Shown: in pieces, positions 1 to 12,954 of the stretch
Position numbering within the stretch: position 1 is the first letter of the stretch
How the letters are laid out: each line of letters opens with the position of its first letter
From: Octopus sinensis
Taxonomy: Eukaryota
Reading direction: 5' to 3'
Length of the DNA: 64,000 nucleotides
Assembly (NCBI RefSeq): GCF_006345805.1
Contig: NC_042999.1
Coordinates: 86,738,001-86,802,000 of the forward strand
Program-made: the position numbers and the translations under genes
The notes under the pieces: generated by a model
Databases searched by the model: none
The model's input: the letters and a program-made list of their open reading frames with translations, nothing else
What the model was told of the DNA's origin: nothing

Positions 1-655
1 TTAGGTAGCTCTCTTGCATCTAGTCACTGTCTTGTTCTCCTGCTGTTGTCAAAGAGCATCCATTTCTCATCACATGTAATGATTCGATGCAAAAATGGTT
101 CTTTTTCCAGTCGAGAAAGCAATAAGAAGCACACTTCGAGGCAGATGTTTTTGTTTTTTTGTTTTAAATCTCGTTCAGTTGATGTGGAACAAACCTATCA
201 CTTTTCTTGACTTTTCCAATTTTTTTCAAGTGTCAAGAAACAGTTGTGCGAGATGTCTGGAATTCTGATGAAAGTTTTCGGACCGTTGTTCTCGGATTTT
301 GTTCAACCAAAGCATTTATTCCATCATGCCGAATAACTGATTTTTGCCTCCTCCTTGCTTCATTTTGGAGGCTATCATCTCCTGGACGAGATCTTTGGAA
401 CCATCTCTGAACAGTTCTGATATTCCGTAGAGCTTCTGCGACAGAGTGACCAAGTTTATACTCATAGAAGAAATTTGCTCAACATTGTTTGGCTGTTATC
501 ATTTTCATAAGGTTTGTGAGTACGCATTTTTTATACCAATAATATCTGGAAAGAAAAAGAGTCAAGATTAAATGCAAGTGTATACATAATTGAGATTTTA
601 AATGACTGAAATAATATGTAATTAAAAATGCGAAATTCCATGTGTGACAACCTAA
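1..655 (-). mobile_element. Mariner transposon remnant (5' TIR + decayed transposase N-half)
   Basis: Minus strand reads FYEYKLGHSVAEALRNI...HLKKIGKVKKSDRFVPHQL...RIITCDEK (HTH, WVPHEL-like motif, first D) with stops. TIR end ...gtgacaacctaa|TA at 655. Confidence 0.9.
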
Positions 656-1121
656 TATATATATATATATAAATATGAATGTGTGTGTGTTTATGTTTTT
701 GTGTTTGTATACCCACCATCGCTTGACAACCAATGTTGGAGTGTTTTCGTCCCCGTAACTTAACGGTTCGGCAAAAGACACCGATAGAAAAAGTACTAGG
801 CTTACAAAGAATAAGTCCTGCAGTCGATTTGTTCGACTAATGGCGGTGCTCCAGCATGGGTACAGTCAAATGACTGAAACAAATAAAAGAATATATATAT
901 AAATTTAATCACCACATCAAGGTGGTTGTTACTAGTAGTTTAACCCCAGGTAGATGTTCCACCGGCTGGTTATCGATGCAGCCTGCACCTTGTACATACA
1001 TATATATATAATACTAGCAGGGGAGCAAACCTCTACCATCCTCTAGTAGACTACAGGATCGCGGGACAGACTCAGTTTCGAGCCGGTTGGCTCGTTGTCG
1101 GTCGCGATCACCTGGTCGCCA

Positions 1122-1162
1122 AAGATACATACATACATACATACATACATACATACATACAT

Positions 1163-1205
<43 letters not shown>

Positions 1206-1270
1206 TACACGCACACGCACGCAGACACACATACAAGCATACATACATACATACATACGTACGTACGTAC
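1122..1270. repeat. Compound (TACA)n(GACA)n(TACG)n microsatellite
   Basis: Seen directly. Confidence 0.95.
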
Positions 1271-1289
1271 GTGCTCACACGCGCATGCG

Positions 1290-1900
1290 CGATTTAGAGA
1301 CCATCTTGCTGGGAAAATGGTAGTGATACAATGTAAGCTTGACCAGTCTGTGTGGCATGTATCTATTGGCAGTTTGCCAGATCCATCCGCCTCAGAACTA
1401 CTAAATGACCTCTATTCACATTGGTTTCTCTGCTGAGCTGCGTAGCCAAACCAGTATGCTCCAAGCAACCAAGGACACCAGCGATACACTTTTCTGCACA
1501 GACAAGTTAATATTGCTATTGTTAAGGTCGAACTCAGCCACTTTTCGGAAAAAGGATACTGAAAAACATTTTTTTTTTCAACGCTCAGCAACACTCTTTA
1601 GAGATCCATACTTCTTCAGTACAGCTTCCCTGATCAGCAACTCTCTCCCTTCGCCACATCACCTTCAAGATCTAAAGGCGTTTGAGGATCACCGGGCGAC
1701 GTTTATACACTGAACAATGTACATCACTGTGACCAAGAGCAGAGACTAAGCGTGCTTCCTTTGATGACCTTCACCCTACTTCAGACTTGCCAATGGAACT
1801 GAGCTGATGAGAGCCTTATTGAATTCAAGTTCTTTTTCTCTTGTCGGATCCCTTAGAGTAGTCCTTCTCAAACATTTTTTCATTATTGTTCCTTTTCTTT
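1290..1900 (+). mobile_element. Possible decayed Penelope-like 3' end (GIY-YIG tail + UTR)
   Basis: RFRDHL and RKKDTEKHFFFQ resemble PLE endonuclease motifs. A CTGATGA core is present at 1804. Confidence 0.25.
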
Positions 1901-2483
1901 AGCTAACGCTTTATCTCAACGCCTTCTTACTATGAACCAAGATCCCCACTATCATCATTTATAACATTTATAACATAAATACACGTAATATTAGTCTAGG
2001 ATAATATTGCCAAAGCAACATCCTACCATAAGCGAACTGATGCATCAACGTTTGAACTTAGTTATCAACTCAACTTTAGCATGTCTTCGGCCAAAGTCAA
2101 GTACATATTTTTTGTGCTTCATATATACTCGAGTAACTACCTCAAATTTATCTCTATATTCCGATTATAACCGCAGACGTATGTATTGATTTCTCTGTCC
2201 ACGTGCGAGCTCACACACGTCTGTTTCTACATGCGAGGAGATTATGCTACAAATTAGCCAGAATCAAGCATGTACATGTATATGCATATACAAGTCAGGA
2301 TGTTATCTAAACCCACAACAACAGTGGCCGTCATTATTGCATAGAAGGAAATACCTACAAATTTTGACAATGTCTTAAATTATACTTTAGTTCATTATCT
2401 ATAATTTACATGCGCAGGTGATATATATCTACTGTTGTTTATTTACGTATTCACATTTCGATGGTTATTATTATTATTCGAAA

Positions 2484-2880
2484 GGCGGCGAGCTGGCAGA
2501 ATCGTTAGCACGCCGGACGAAATGCTTAACGGTATTTCGTCTGTCGTTACGTTCTGAGTTCAAATTCCGCCGAGGTTGACTTTGCCTTTCATTCTTTCGG
2601 GGTCGATAAATTAAGTACCAGTTACGCACTGGGGTCGATATAATCGACTTAATCCGTTTGTCTGTCCTTGTTTGTCCTCTCTGTGTTTAGCCCCTTATGG
2701 GTAGTAAAGAAATAGGCATTTCGTCCGTTTTTACGTTCTGAGTTCAAATTCCGTCGAGGTCGACTTTGCCTTTCATTCTTTCGGGTTTGGTAAAATAAGT
2801 ACCTGTTGAATACTGAGTCGATGTAATTGACTTATCCTCTCTCCCAAAATTGCTGCCCTTGTGGCAAAATTTGAAACCAT
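2484..2880 (+). mobile_element. tRNA-headed SINE family B (full copy + headless second copy)
   Basis: Head GGCGGCGAGCTGGCAGAATCGTTAGC, B-box-like GAGTTCAAATTCC, body GTCGACTTTGCCTTTCAT. Many other copies occur (e.g. 8000-8190, 17770, 19540, 23525, 41500, 55050, 62820). Confidence 0.85.
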
Positions 2881-3921
2881 TTTTATTCTTCTTCGTGTTG
2901 CCATTATTGTGATTGTAGCTATCAAGCAGTTTATAATATTACGTTTCGTTTGTTTTTAAGTTAGTATTTAAAGAAGAAACAAAGACTTAATTAAAAAGCT
3001 CGCCAGAAGCATCTGTCGACCCTACAACCCTTTTATCCTCAGTTCACATATAAGGCAGAGGCAACGTCAAAGAATCCCAGCGAGCAGACAGACGTGTTAA
3101 AATATGTGGGCGCGACCGAAGTTCCTCTCAAGATCAGATTTAGCAGCTATAAGCTCTCCTTTAATAACCAGGGGACGAAATGTCCTACCCCTAGTTAGGC
3201 TTATATGGTCGTTGATAGAAAGTGCCACCGATCACATACCTCATCAAGTGGAAAGTACTGGAGAGGTGCAAATCTTACTTCAGTAGCAGGAGGAGGAGAA
3301 CGGGGAGCAAGCTCTGCTTTGCGGAGCAAAAAAATGTATAAAAGATTTATTTTCACCCGGGAACCTACCTAAACTGTAAGAGCGAAATTTTCCGATCCTG
3401 CCTGCATGGACGGTGATATGTATTTGGATACAGGCGGACCGCGGCATGAATAGAAACGTCTGAGCCTCTACCATCAGTACTTCCCATCAACATACTCTAA
3501 AGTGTCACATCCAGCTTATTATATACATATACACACATACACATACATGTCCCCAATCTCTCATCCTCCGCATACATATCTCTTCCATCCCGCCTGCACC
3601 CACCCCTAATTCTATGCTGTAGGCACTGAACCATTATACCGTGGTGGCACTGTCTGATCCTTATCCACAGACAATTTCTCCCTCTGAAGGTTTTCGTACA
3701 CCCGTTTTGTTTTTTTTTCTCGCTTTGACCTTTTTTCAATTTCGCTACACCCACAAACCGGATGTGCATCGACTGACGTTCACAGGCAAAAGTCGTCGAC
3801 ATAAGCTGACGAGAGCCGGTGGTTTTTTGTTTTTCTTTCCAAAACTCTCATGATTGATAAAGTTGGCTGAAATGAATATATGATACTATAATATATGTAT
3901 ATATGCATATTTTTATATGTG

Positions 3922-3998
<77 letters not shown>

Positions 3999-4012
3999 AT
4001 ATATATATATAT

Positions 4013-4046
<34 letters not shown>

Positions 4047-4274
4047 AAGAGAGAGAGAGGAGGGGAGAGAGAGATATATTTATCCACTCTATTGAACGTA
4101 TAGATTTTATATCAGGTAATGTAAAACACATATACTTTTGTATATATATATATATATATAATATATATATATATATGCGTACACACATACATGCAAACAT
4201 ACATATATATATATATATATATATACATACATGCATACACACATGCATACACACATACATATGTGTGTTTACGA

Positions 4275-4550
4275 TCGTGAGGTTGTGAGTTCGATTCCCG
4301 AGCCGGTATGCGTGTTGTGTTCTTGAGCAAGACACTTTATTTCACGTTGCTCCAGTTAACTCAGCTGTAAAAATGAAATGCGACATCACTGGTGCCAAGC
4401 TGTATCGGCTCCTTTGCCTTTCCCTTGGATAACATCAGTGGTGTGGAGAGGGCTGGTATGCATGGGTGACTGCTAGCCTGCCATAAACAACCTTGCCCGG
4501 ACTTGTGCCTCGGAGGGTAACTTTCTAGGTGCAATTCCATGGTCATTGGG
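4275..4550 (+). mobile_element. tRNA-headed SINE family C
   Basis: GTTCGATTCC B-box followed by TTCTTGAGCAAGACACTTTATTTCACGTTGCTCCAG central domain. Other copies at about 5780, 23915, 28861, 52520, 60385, 63840. Confidence 0.8.
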
Positions 4551-5075
4551 GATCTCCCCCCCACACACACACACACACGCACATATGAAATAAGAAACTG
4601 GTTCCGCAGAATCAAGTGAAACTGGCAGCAAGTACTCTAGTCGAGGAACTGGCTATCAGATCACAGTAGTTAAATTATGATGTAATTTCAAATGACTGAG
4701 CATCTGAAAATCCAACTTAGACTAACAGAAATATTCCTCTGTAGAGTATACACATCTACGCGTCGGAGATAACGATGTAACTCGGAGTAACTTCTGAAAT
4801 AGCTATAACCATGCGGAAATATTAAATCCCCAGTTTCCAGTTTCTTTTCTGTTTTTCTTTGATTATACATATTTACACACACACACACATGTATATGTAT
4901 ATATGTCGGCTCTTCGTCAGTCAACGTTGAATATGAATCAATGAATCTACACGTTTGTGTAAAGCTGAGCAGCAATCTATTGAGAAAGAGAGTTGATGAT
5001 GTATGTCTCACCTCTCCACTCTATATATGTATGTATAAATTTAGGAATGGATGCAAATGAACGTATATATTATAA

Positions 5076-5588
5076 CAGGGTTGGGGAAGGCCCCGACCGC
5101 GGGCGCAATTGCGCCCGCGAGCCCATTTTATTGCGTCTGCAGGCTGGTATACTTGTATATACAAAATAGTGTAAATTTTTCAATTACAAAATTTATGCCT
5201 ATTTGCGGTAATAGGTTGCGTTTCCACTACAACTTAAAACGGTTAGACTCGAAAAGAAAATCGTCCGGTAATTGCCATTTGAATGGAAATTTTGTTTTCA
5301 CTATAAAAAACATTGCCAGGTTTATACCACCCCCTTGAAACTCAACTACACTCTAGCTGAGAAATATAGAATACCTCATAAGTAGTATAAACGTCCTAAA
5401 TTCAGTAGCGGCGTGAATGAAAATGTTACGCGTTAATTTAATGTCTTAAACTTATCCTTATTAATATGTCCCGAATTATACATAGATATATAAAAATAAT
5501 TTACACAGATATAAGACTTGTGATCCACCCGCGGACCTTTTTCTCTGGAAATTTTTGCCCGACGTACTAAAAAGTTTCCTTGCCCTTG
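5076..5588. mobile_element. hAT-like MITE
   Basis: Termini CAGGGTTGGGGAA ... TTTCCTTGCCCTTG. Flanks tattataa / tattacac match 6 of 8, consistent with a decayed 8-bp TSD. Confidence 0.5.
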
Positions 5589-5924
5589 TATTACACACAC
5601 ACGGTAATCTCTCGGGCCCGAGAAAGACGGGTCTGCAATTTCTTGCGCGGATAGTTTGTTTATACTAATAAAATGTTTGCGTTACACATAAGTTCACTCC
5701 CTCCATCAAATCGAAAATGCCAGTACAAATGCACAGGTGTCTCACTCGTCAGATGTCGAAGTGCCCGCACAGGAACATGAAATGAAATATCCATGAAATG
5801 AAATATTCACACATGAAATGAAGTGTTTTGCTTAAGAACACAAAGCACCGCCCGGTGCGGGAATCAAACTCATCATCTTACAATCGTGAATGCAACACCT
5901 TAATGATTAGACCAAGCACCCCCA

Positions 5925-5977
<53 letters not shown>

Positions 5978-6039
5978 TATATGTATGCACATACGTATAT
6001 ATAACCGTATACATGGATATTTCTTGAACATTCTTTATC

Positions 6040-7047
6040 AACAACAACAATAATTCTTTCTACTGAAAGCACAAGGTCTTGAAATTTTGTGAGAGGGAAC
6101 TAGTCGATTACATCGACCTCAGTCTTTCACTGGTACTGAATTTATCGAACCCGAAAGAATGAAAGGCAAAGTCGACCTCGGTGGGATTTGAACCCGGAAC
6201 GTAAAAACGGGCGAAATGCTGCTAAGCATTTTGTCCGGCGTGCCAACGATTCTGCCAGCACGCCGCCTTAACAACAATAATAATAATCATTTCTATTGGA
6301 AGCACAACGCCTCAAATTTGGAGGAAGGGATCAAGTCGATTACATCGATCCCAGTGCGTAACTGGTACTTAATTTATCGACCCCGAAAGGATGAAAGGCG
6401 AAATCGACCTCGGCGGAATTTGAACTCGGAACGTAGCGGCAGACGAAATACCTATTTCTATTCTACCCAGAAGAGGCTAAACACAGAGAGGAAAAACAAG
6501 GACAGACAAACGGATTAAGTCGATTATATCGACCCCAGTGCGTATCTGGTACTTATTTAATCGACCCCGAAAGAATGAAAGGCAAAGTCGACCTCGGCGG
6601 AATTTGAACTCAGAACGTAGCGGCAGACGAAATACCTATTTCTTTACTACCCACAAGGGGCTAAACACAGAGAGGACAAACAAGGACAAACGGATTAAGT
6701 CGATTATATCGACCCCAGTGCGTATCTGGTACTTATTTAATCGACCCCGAAAGAATGAAAGGCAAAGTCGACCTCGGCGGAATTTGAACTCAGAACGTAG
6801 CGGCAGACGAAATACCTATTTCTTTACTACCCACAAGGGGCTAAACACAGAGAGGACAAACAAGGACAGACAAACGGATTAAGTCGATTATATCGACCCC
6901 AGTGTGTAACTGGTACTTAATTTATCGACCCCGAAAGGATGAAAGGCAAAGTCGACCTCGGCGGAATTTGAACTCAGAACGTAACGGCAGACGAAATACG
7001 GTTACGCATTTCACCCGGCGTGCTAACGTTTCTGCCAGCTCGCCGCC
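6040..7047 (-). mobile_element. SINE B cluster: one copy plus a four-unit ~180-bp tandem array
   Basis: Lines 6541/6721 and 6601/6781 are identical at 180-bp spacing. Only the last unit carries the tRNA head. Confidence 0.9.
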
Positions 7048-7605
7048 TTAAGATGATAAAATTAACTGCTTTGACCCCTTTAGAAAAATTGGTTCTGCTA
7101 TTTATATAGTTGTCTGAGAATCTAAAGAACCAATTTTTCAAAGTAGTTCATATTTTTTTCATTATTACAGAATGCTCAAGAAACATTACAACTCATCTTT
7201 TCCCTTCATTGTGTTGAAAACGAAATTATTCACAAACGGTCGTGATAAAATTTAGTTAAGTTCTAACTGCAATATATAAAGGGACATAACCGTTTCTGGT
7301 TATATCCCTTTAAATTTTTGTCCCGTATTCCCTTAGAAATATTTATGTGCTCCAGATTTTGATAATTTGGCCTAATTATCCAGCCAACCGCTTCTACGAT
7401 AGCATCTTTGAAACATTGTAACTTATAATCCGCATCGCCCTTTCTTTTTCAATAAATTTTTCTTTTTGTTCTGTTAATGCATAACGGGGTTTGAAAGAAC
7501 AGTCTTTTGATGGCTATTTTTATCGTATGTTGTTTGAATTGAAGGACGGGAAGAAAAGCAAACACCGTGAAATATTATAACTCAATGAATTGATTTCTCG
7601 TTTAG

Positions 7606-7722
7606 ATACTAGGAGAATGGCAGATGGTCTGGTCGATAGAGGTATCAAACTACGAGCGGTTTGTAACCCGCTAAAGCGTCAGGCTTCAAATGACCCACTC
7701 AACCTAATTAGAGATTCTATGA
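7606..7722 (+). CDS. Orphan candidate coding exon, unidentified gene
   Basis: Acceptor ttgatttctcgtttag, donor ATGA|GTAAGT, 117 nt. Only one frame is open: TRRMADGLVDRGIKLRAVCNPLKRQASNDPLNLIRDSM. Confidence 0.5.
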
Positions 7723-8439
7723 GTAAGTAGCAGATGTATAAATTCTTTGAACTAAGCTCCAGACCCCGAAACGGGCTCCATTAATATGCTATATGAATAT
7801 GAATAGAAAATATATACGGGGTCATATTCATATGTATTTCGATTCCTGCTGAAAGTAGGCCTGCAATGGCCTTTTTGACAGTTTCGGGTAAATATCGACC
7901 GAGCGGGTACATTGTTATTTAATTATTCATCAAGATTCGCTCGCCTCCCCCTCCCAAATTGCCGATGTGCATTCACAAAGACTATTTATTGATTTCAAAT
8001 TTTGACACAAGACCAGCACATTCGGGTAGAGAATGAGTCAAATACATTGCCCCCAATGCTCAACTAATTTTACTAACCCCGAAAGGATGAAAGGCAAGTC
8101 TACCTCGGCGGAATTTGATTTCAGAACGTGAAAATGGACGGAATGCCGCTATTTTGCCAGGCGTGCTAACGTTTCAGCCAGTTCGCTACCTTACTCATAA
8201 AGACTATTTATTGAATTCACATTTTGGCACAAAGCCAGCAATTTCGAGAGAGGGGCTAAGTCAATTACTTCGACTCTAATGTTTAACTGGTACTTACCCC
8301 GACTATTGTTAAGCTCCCAACCTTGTATGTTTATAACAATAAGTATGTGTAAGTTTATCATCGACACTTTATCAAATAGTTTCTGATGAAGTGATGAACA
8401 ATAAAACCAGACGGTTCGATTCTCAGTCAAAACTGCCCA

Positions 8440-8958
8440 AAAATGTCCACGTGAGCCTAATTTCACAGCCAAACATACATAGGATTACATTAAATGACCA
8501 TAAACCGGATTTTCTTGTCAACCTACCAACTAGGCTGATTATCCCTTGCAAATCAGATATTGGTCGCATAAGTAAAAAAGTAATAGACAAAATACTCCCT
8601 AATCTCAGGGAGCCTATACTACTGGATCTCTGGTCTGACATTACGAACGTGATACGCTGGTTTGGTAAGTTACCTCATAAAACATACACTAAGTTTTTGC
8701 AAATTGACATAGACTCGTACTACTCTTGTGTTATCCCAATACTCCTAAATAAGACTCTGATCTTTACCATGAACAACATATCTTAATATATGAAGGAAGT
8801 AGATATAATTTTAGCGGCTAGGAAAACCTTAATATCCTTCGACGACAGACTATGGACTCACAAGGATAGGATAGAGAATTTTGACATAATCATGGGCGCA
8901 TATGATTTGATCCGTCACTGACTTGGTTGGCTTGTTCCTGTTGCAGCGAATAAAGTCT

Positions 8959-9006
<48 letters not shown>

Positions 9007-10450
9007 GACAGACTATATAGGGATGATGCTTTGTTCACTTTCTACAAATATAGTAAGGTAGACTTTGAGAGAACTAGCAAGAGAATTGGAAAGCTTTTTC
9101 AGTCACTATGGGCCCTCCGTTACAATAGATAGAAACCATAGGATAGCAAACTTCCTAGATATAACGTTGAACCACGACACGGGTTTGTATAGTCCTTACT
9201 ACAAACCCAATGAAAACTTGCAGCACGTCAATAGATACTTCAATCACCCTAGGGTGGTAGTAAGATCAATTATAAATAGCGTCTCCGTAATAGTATCGAG
9301 GCTTTCTGCGAATAAGGACATCTTTACGCAGAAGACACCTCTATGTACCCAGCCATTGACCAGGACTGGATACACAGAGATATCATACATACCAGTGGTG
9401 GATGCCTCTGCTCCCACTATTAATCACCTCCTGATACATCGAAACTCGGAGGAAAATAGGTGAGGTCATACACTGGGTAGCACGGAATAAATCCCTATGG
9501 AAGTAGAATAGGTATACAACACACCACAAACGTGGTCACTAAGAAAACAGAATCTAATGAAAAACTTGTCGAGCAACGCCCAAAACGAAAGAGCAAACCC
9601 TACGCCAGTAAGAAAGGTCTTAAGAGGTGTTCTGATCCATCGCATAGAACGCAGCATAACCGGTTACGCAAGAGAAATACAATATGGTTCAACCCTCCTT
9701 TTGCATTGAATATTGCATCTGACTTCCCCGGCATTTTCCTCTCATACACATATAACACAAAATCTTCAACAGGCACAATGTAAAGTTATCTTATTCGACC
9801 ACAAATAATTTCGCGCTAACTATAGCTGCCCTAAATAACAAAAAAATAGCACCCTAATCAGATTCGGTTCCACCACATAATCCTGGTAAACCTGCTAACC
9901 CTCGCTCGGCCCAGCACACGGGTGACTCTCACGGACAGCAGGTACTGAATAACACGACACCTCATCTCAGAAATTCGGCAAATCTTGAAGCACTTACTAA
10001 AACCTCGCCTATTCAAGATCTCACACGACTTTGTAACAGTTATACACCTTTCACGTGTCTCCTGGACAATCCCTTTGGAAGAACATAATATATATGGGCA
10101 CTGTTACCGCCGACAATAATACCTTTCACTACACCGGAGCCACTGCTTCAAATTTTAAACGTAGATATTACTATCACCTCCACTCTTTTAAGAACTATAG
10201 TAAGCATAAGTCCACATCGCTGGTAGAACTGATAAGGGACCTAAAATTGAAGAGAACTCCATATGTAACTTCTTGGACTATTGTGACATCTGCACTCTCA
10301 TATACGGAAGGAGGAGGTGAATATAATCTGTGCTCAGTCGAAGCTATAGATATAAAATAGGGGTAGTACAATTAACAAAAGAAATGAAGTTTTGCTACGG
10401 TGCCTGCATAAATACTACAGAACCTTTGAAAAGCTTACATTGTTTAGTTC
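8440..10450 (+). mobile_element. Penelope-like retroelement remnant (RT + C-terminal GIY-YIG)
   Basis: ITLNDHKPDF..PTRLIIPCKSDIGRISK, LYRDD, NFLDITL, RKRNTIWFNPPF, IIYMGTV...YTGAT..FKRRY, INKRNE...CLHK. Contains stops, frameshifts and a (TA)n insertion. Confidence 0.9.
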
Positions 10451-11904
10451 CCCTCCTCTTCATCCCTTAGCTATTTTTTCTTTCACACCGAGATACTTTC
10501 CCTTAGCATACAGACACAGCCCCAGTATCTAGTATACTATGGGGCTTTCCTGCTGACTGACCCTATCCCATTCTACAACTATCCGCCCACGGTCGCATAA
10601 CAGGCTTAACGTTCTCCCTACAAACCCTCCCTTTATTTACTTCTTCTTACTCTTCTATTTTGGGGCATGTGTTCGTCCGATTGACTGTTTACGATTCTTG
10701 CAGCTCTTGTATATTAAGTACCAGCATCCAGTTACATCACTGACATTATATTTCAATTTTTGCTGACCCTAATTAGCTTAATTTCTGCTAATTCTTCACA
10801 CTCATGCTTAAACAGTTAAAGCATGAGTGTTTCAACCAACCTTCCATGCTCGGTTCATTCCATTTCTCAAACAATATATTTTTATAATTTTTATGATTTA
10901 TATTTTTTTCTATAAATTATAATCTTTCACTTCATATTTCGCTTTGACTAAACAGACGATTGCTTTCCTGCCATTCATTTCCGGTTTATTCCACTTCTCG
11001 AACAAATATATTTTTACAATTTTTATAATTTATAATTCATAATATTTTAAATTCATAATTTTTCATATTCCACTTGGTTCTTCATAATTTTCTAAGTAAT
11101 TTTTATTTTTTATTTTATTATATATATTTCTTTTATTCGTTATTTTTAAAATTTTCAAACGGTGTTTATTATGTATTAAACCCTTATCCCGTCGACATAT
11201 ACACCCCACTTATAAATGTTTCGCAACATGCTTCAGAAATAATTATTTTTATTTTATTATTTTTTAAAATTTTCGCTGATTCGAGACCCTTAATCTTAAT
11301 TAATTGAATTTTTATTTTGTAAATCCTTTTAAATTGAATACATAATACATTCATCCTAATCGTATTTACCCTCATACTCCTTCATAGGACTTTATTTATG
11401 TATCACTAGCAAATTATTAATTCTCTGTCTATACATTTTATTTGGCCAAATCTGTTCTAACTTACATAGTTTATAATCCTTCTGACCACTTTTTAATCAA
11501 ACTGTAAATTCCTAATTTCTGCTTTAACTCTTTAGGACACAACCCCTATTAGATTCCCCCCCCCCACCTTTTTTTTTTTTTTTTTTGCATCTCTTTTCCG
11601 TTGCCTACACACTCTAAGATCACAAAGTAGATCTGCTAGCTGGGAGGCGATTTATGCTACCCTACCACTGACCACCCTACTCCCTCACCACAAGCATTAT
11701 AAATATCCTCATTATTTGGCTCCTGGGGAATTGCCAAGTTATCTATTTAATAGTTTTTGCACTTTCCGTTGTCGCTGGTGAATATCGCCGGGTGGTGAAA
11801 TAAATTTTCATTCATCAAACCAATTTCGGTAGAATTTTTTTCTAACGGACCACGAGCTTAGGTCCAGATAGACTGATTTGCTATATATGGCCCTACCTAA
11901 TTTA

Positions 11905-11975
11905 TCAATGTTCTTCTTCTTCTTCTTCTCTTCTTCTTCTTCTTCTTCTTCTTCTTCTTCTTCTTCTTCTTCCTT
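11905..11975. repeat. (TTC)n microsatellite
   Basis: Seen directly. Confidence 0.95.
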
Positions 11976-12954
11976 TTCCACTTTCGTCTTCTTTTTGTGC
12001 TCCGTTTTACTCCTCCCCTCCTCCTTCTTCCTCTTGACCCTCCCCGTACATAATCTCTTCCCTACTTACTCAGCCCATAACCACATCTTTATTTTGTTTC
12101 CTCCTGATATAAACCAAAAGAAACAAGGTCTGGAAGACGCACTATGTGACAGCACAACTTTGGTGCATATCTGATGAAGTGGTCTAATGTCTAAAACAAC
12201 AAACATTACGTAAATTTTCACTTCGAATTTTTGCGTAAACTGGCGTTGCAAGTAGAGTTAGTACAGAAACAATTGTAACGAATCATTAAAAATGTGTTAA
12301 CGAATTTATTTTGTTTTCTTATTATTACTTGGATTATTTACGCTTCGCCAAACCCATTTTACAGTGTAATCGTCGCGAAACTTGGATTAGGAATACCGGT
12401 TTTCAGCAGTGTTGATAGCCCAGTATGCGAGTCGAGTGTTTTTCTAGAAAAACCCTAAGTTTACTCCAGCATATATATATATATACAGTGGCGGACTGGC
12501 CAGGTTGTCAGCTTGCCCGATGACAAGTGGGCCCCTACGTCATTAGAATCCATATATGGGGGCCCATATTAGTATCTAAGGGACCTATCCCCTCAAGTTT
12601 GAGAATTTTTAATTCACTCCTGGAAGAATGCATTATTTCAACCTGGCTATGTTTGTAGACAGTCGAAAAGAATACTTTGTAGTTGCGTGTGGGTGGGCCC
12701 CCTTGTTGTTGCGGTCGGACCCCCTTGTCGGTTCGAGGCTATAGTAGAAGTGGGACTGAACTCAAAACCATGTGGTTGGAAAGTAAACTTTTCACTACAC
12801 AGTCACTCCTGCACCTACGTGACTTTTTCTAATTATACATAATTTAATAAATTTCTGAGATTATATAACTAGACTGTATGATAGTCACATTTTTTTGCTT
12901 TTTACAGTAGACTATGATGTTCACAATTTTTTGCTTTGAGTGCACACACACACA

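Noticed and set aside
1804-1830. CTGATGAGAGCC hammerhead-like start
   Set aside because: The 3' half of stem II and GAAA are missing. Kept only as weak support for a PLE remnant.
6216-6882. Repeated ORFs and a regularly spaced array (CRISPR-like?)
   Set aside because: These are 180-bp SINE units with no unique spacers and no cas genes, in eukaryotic DNA.
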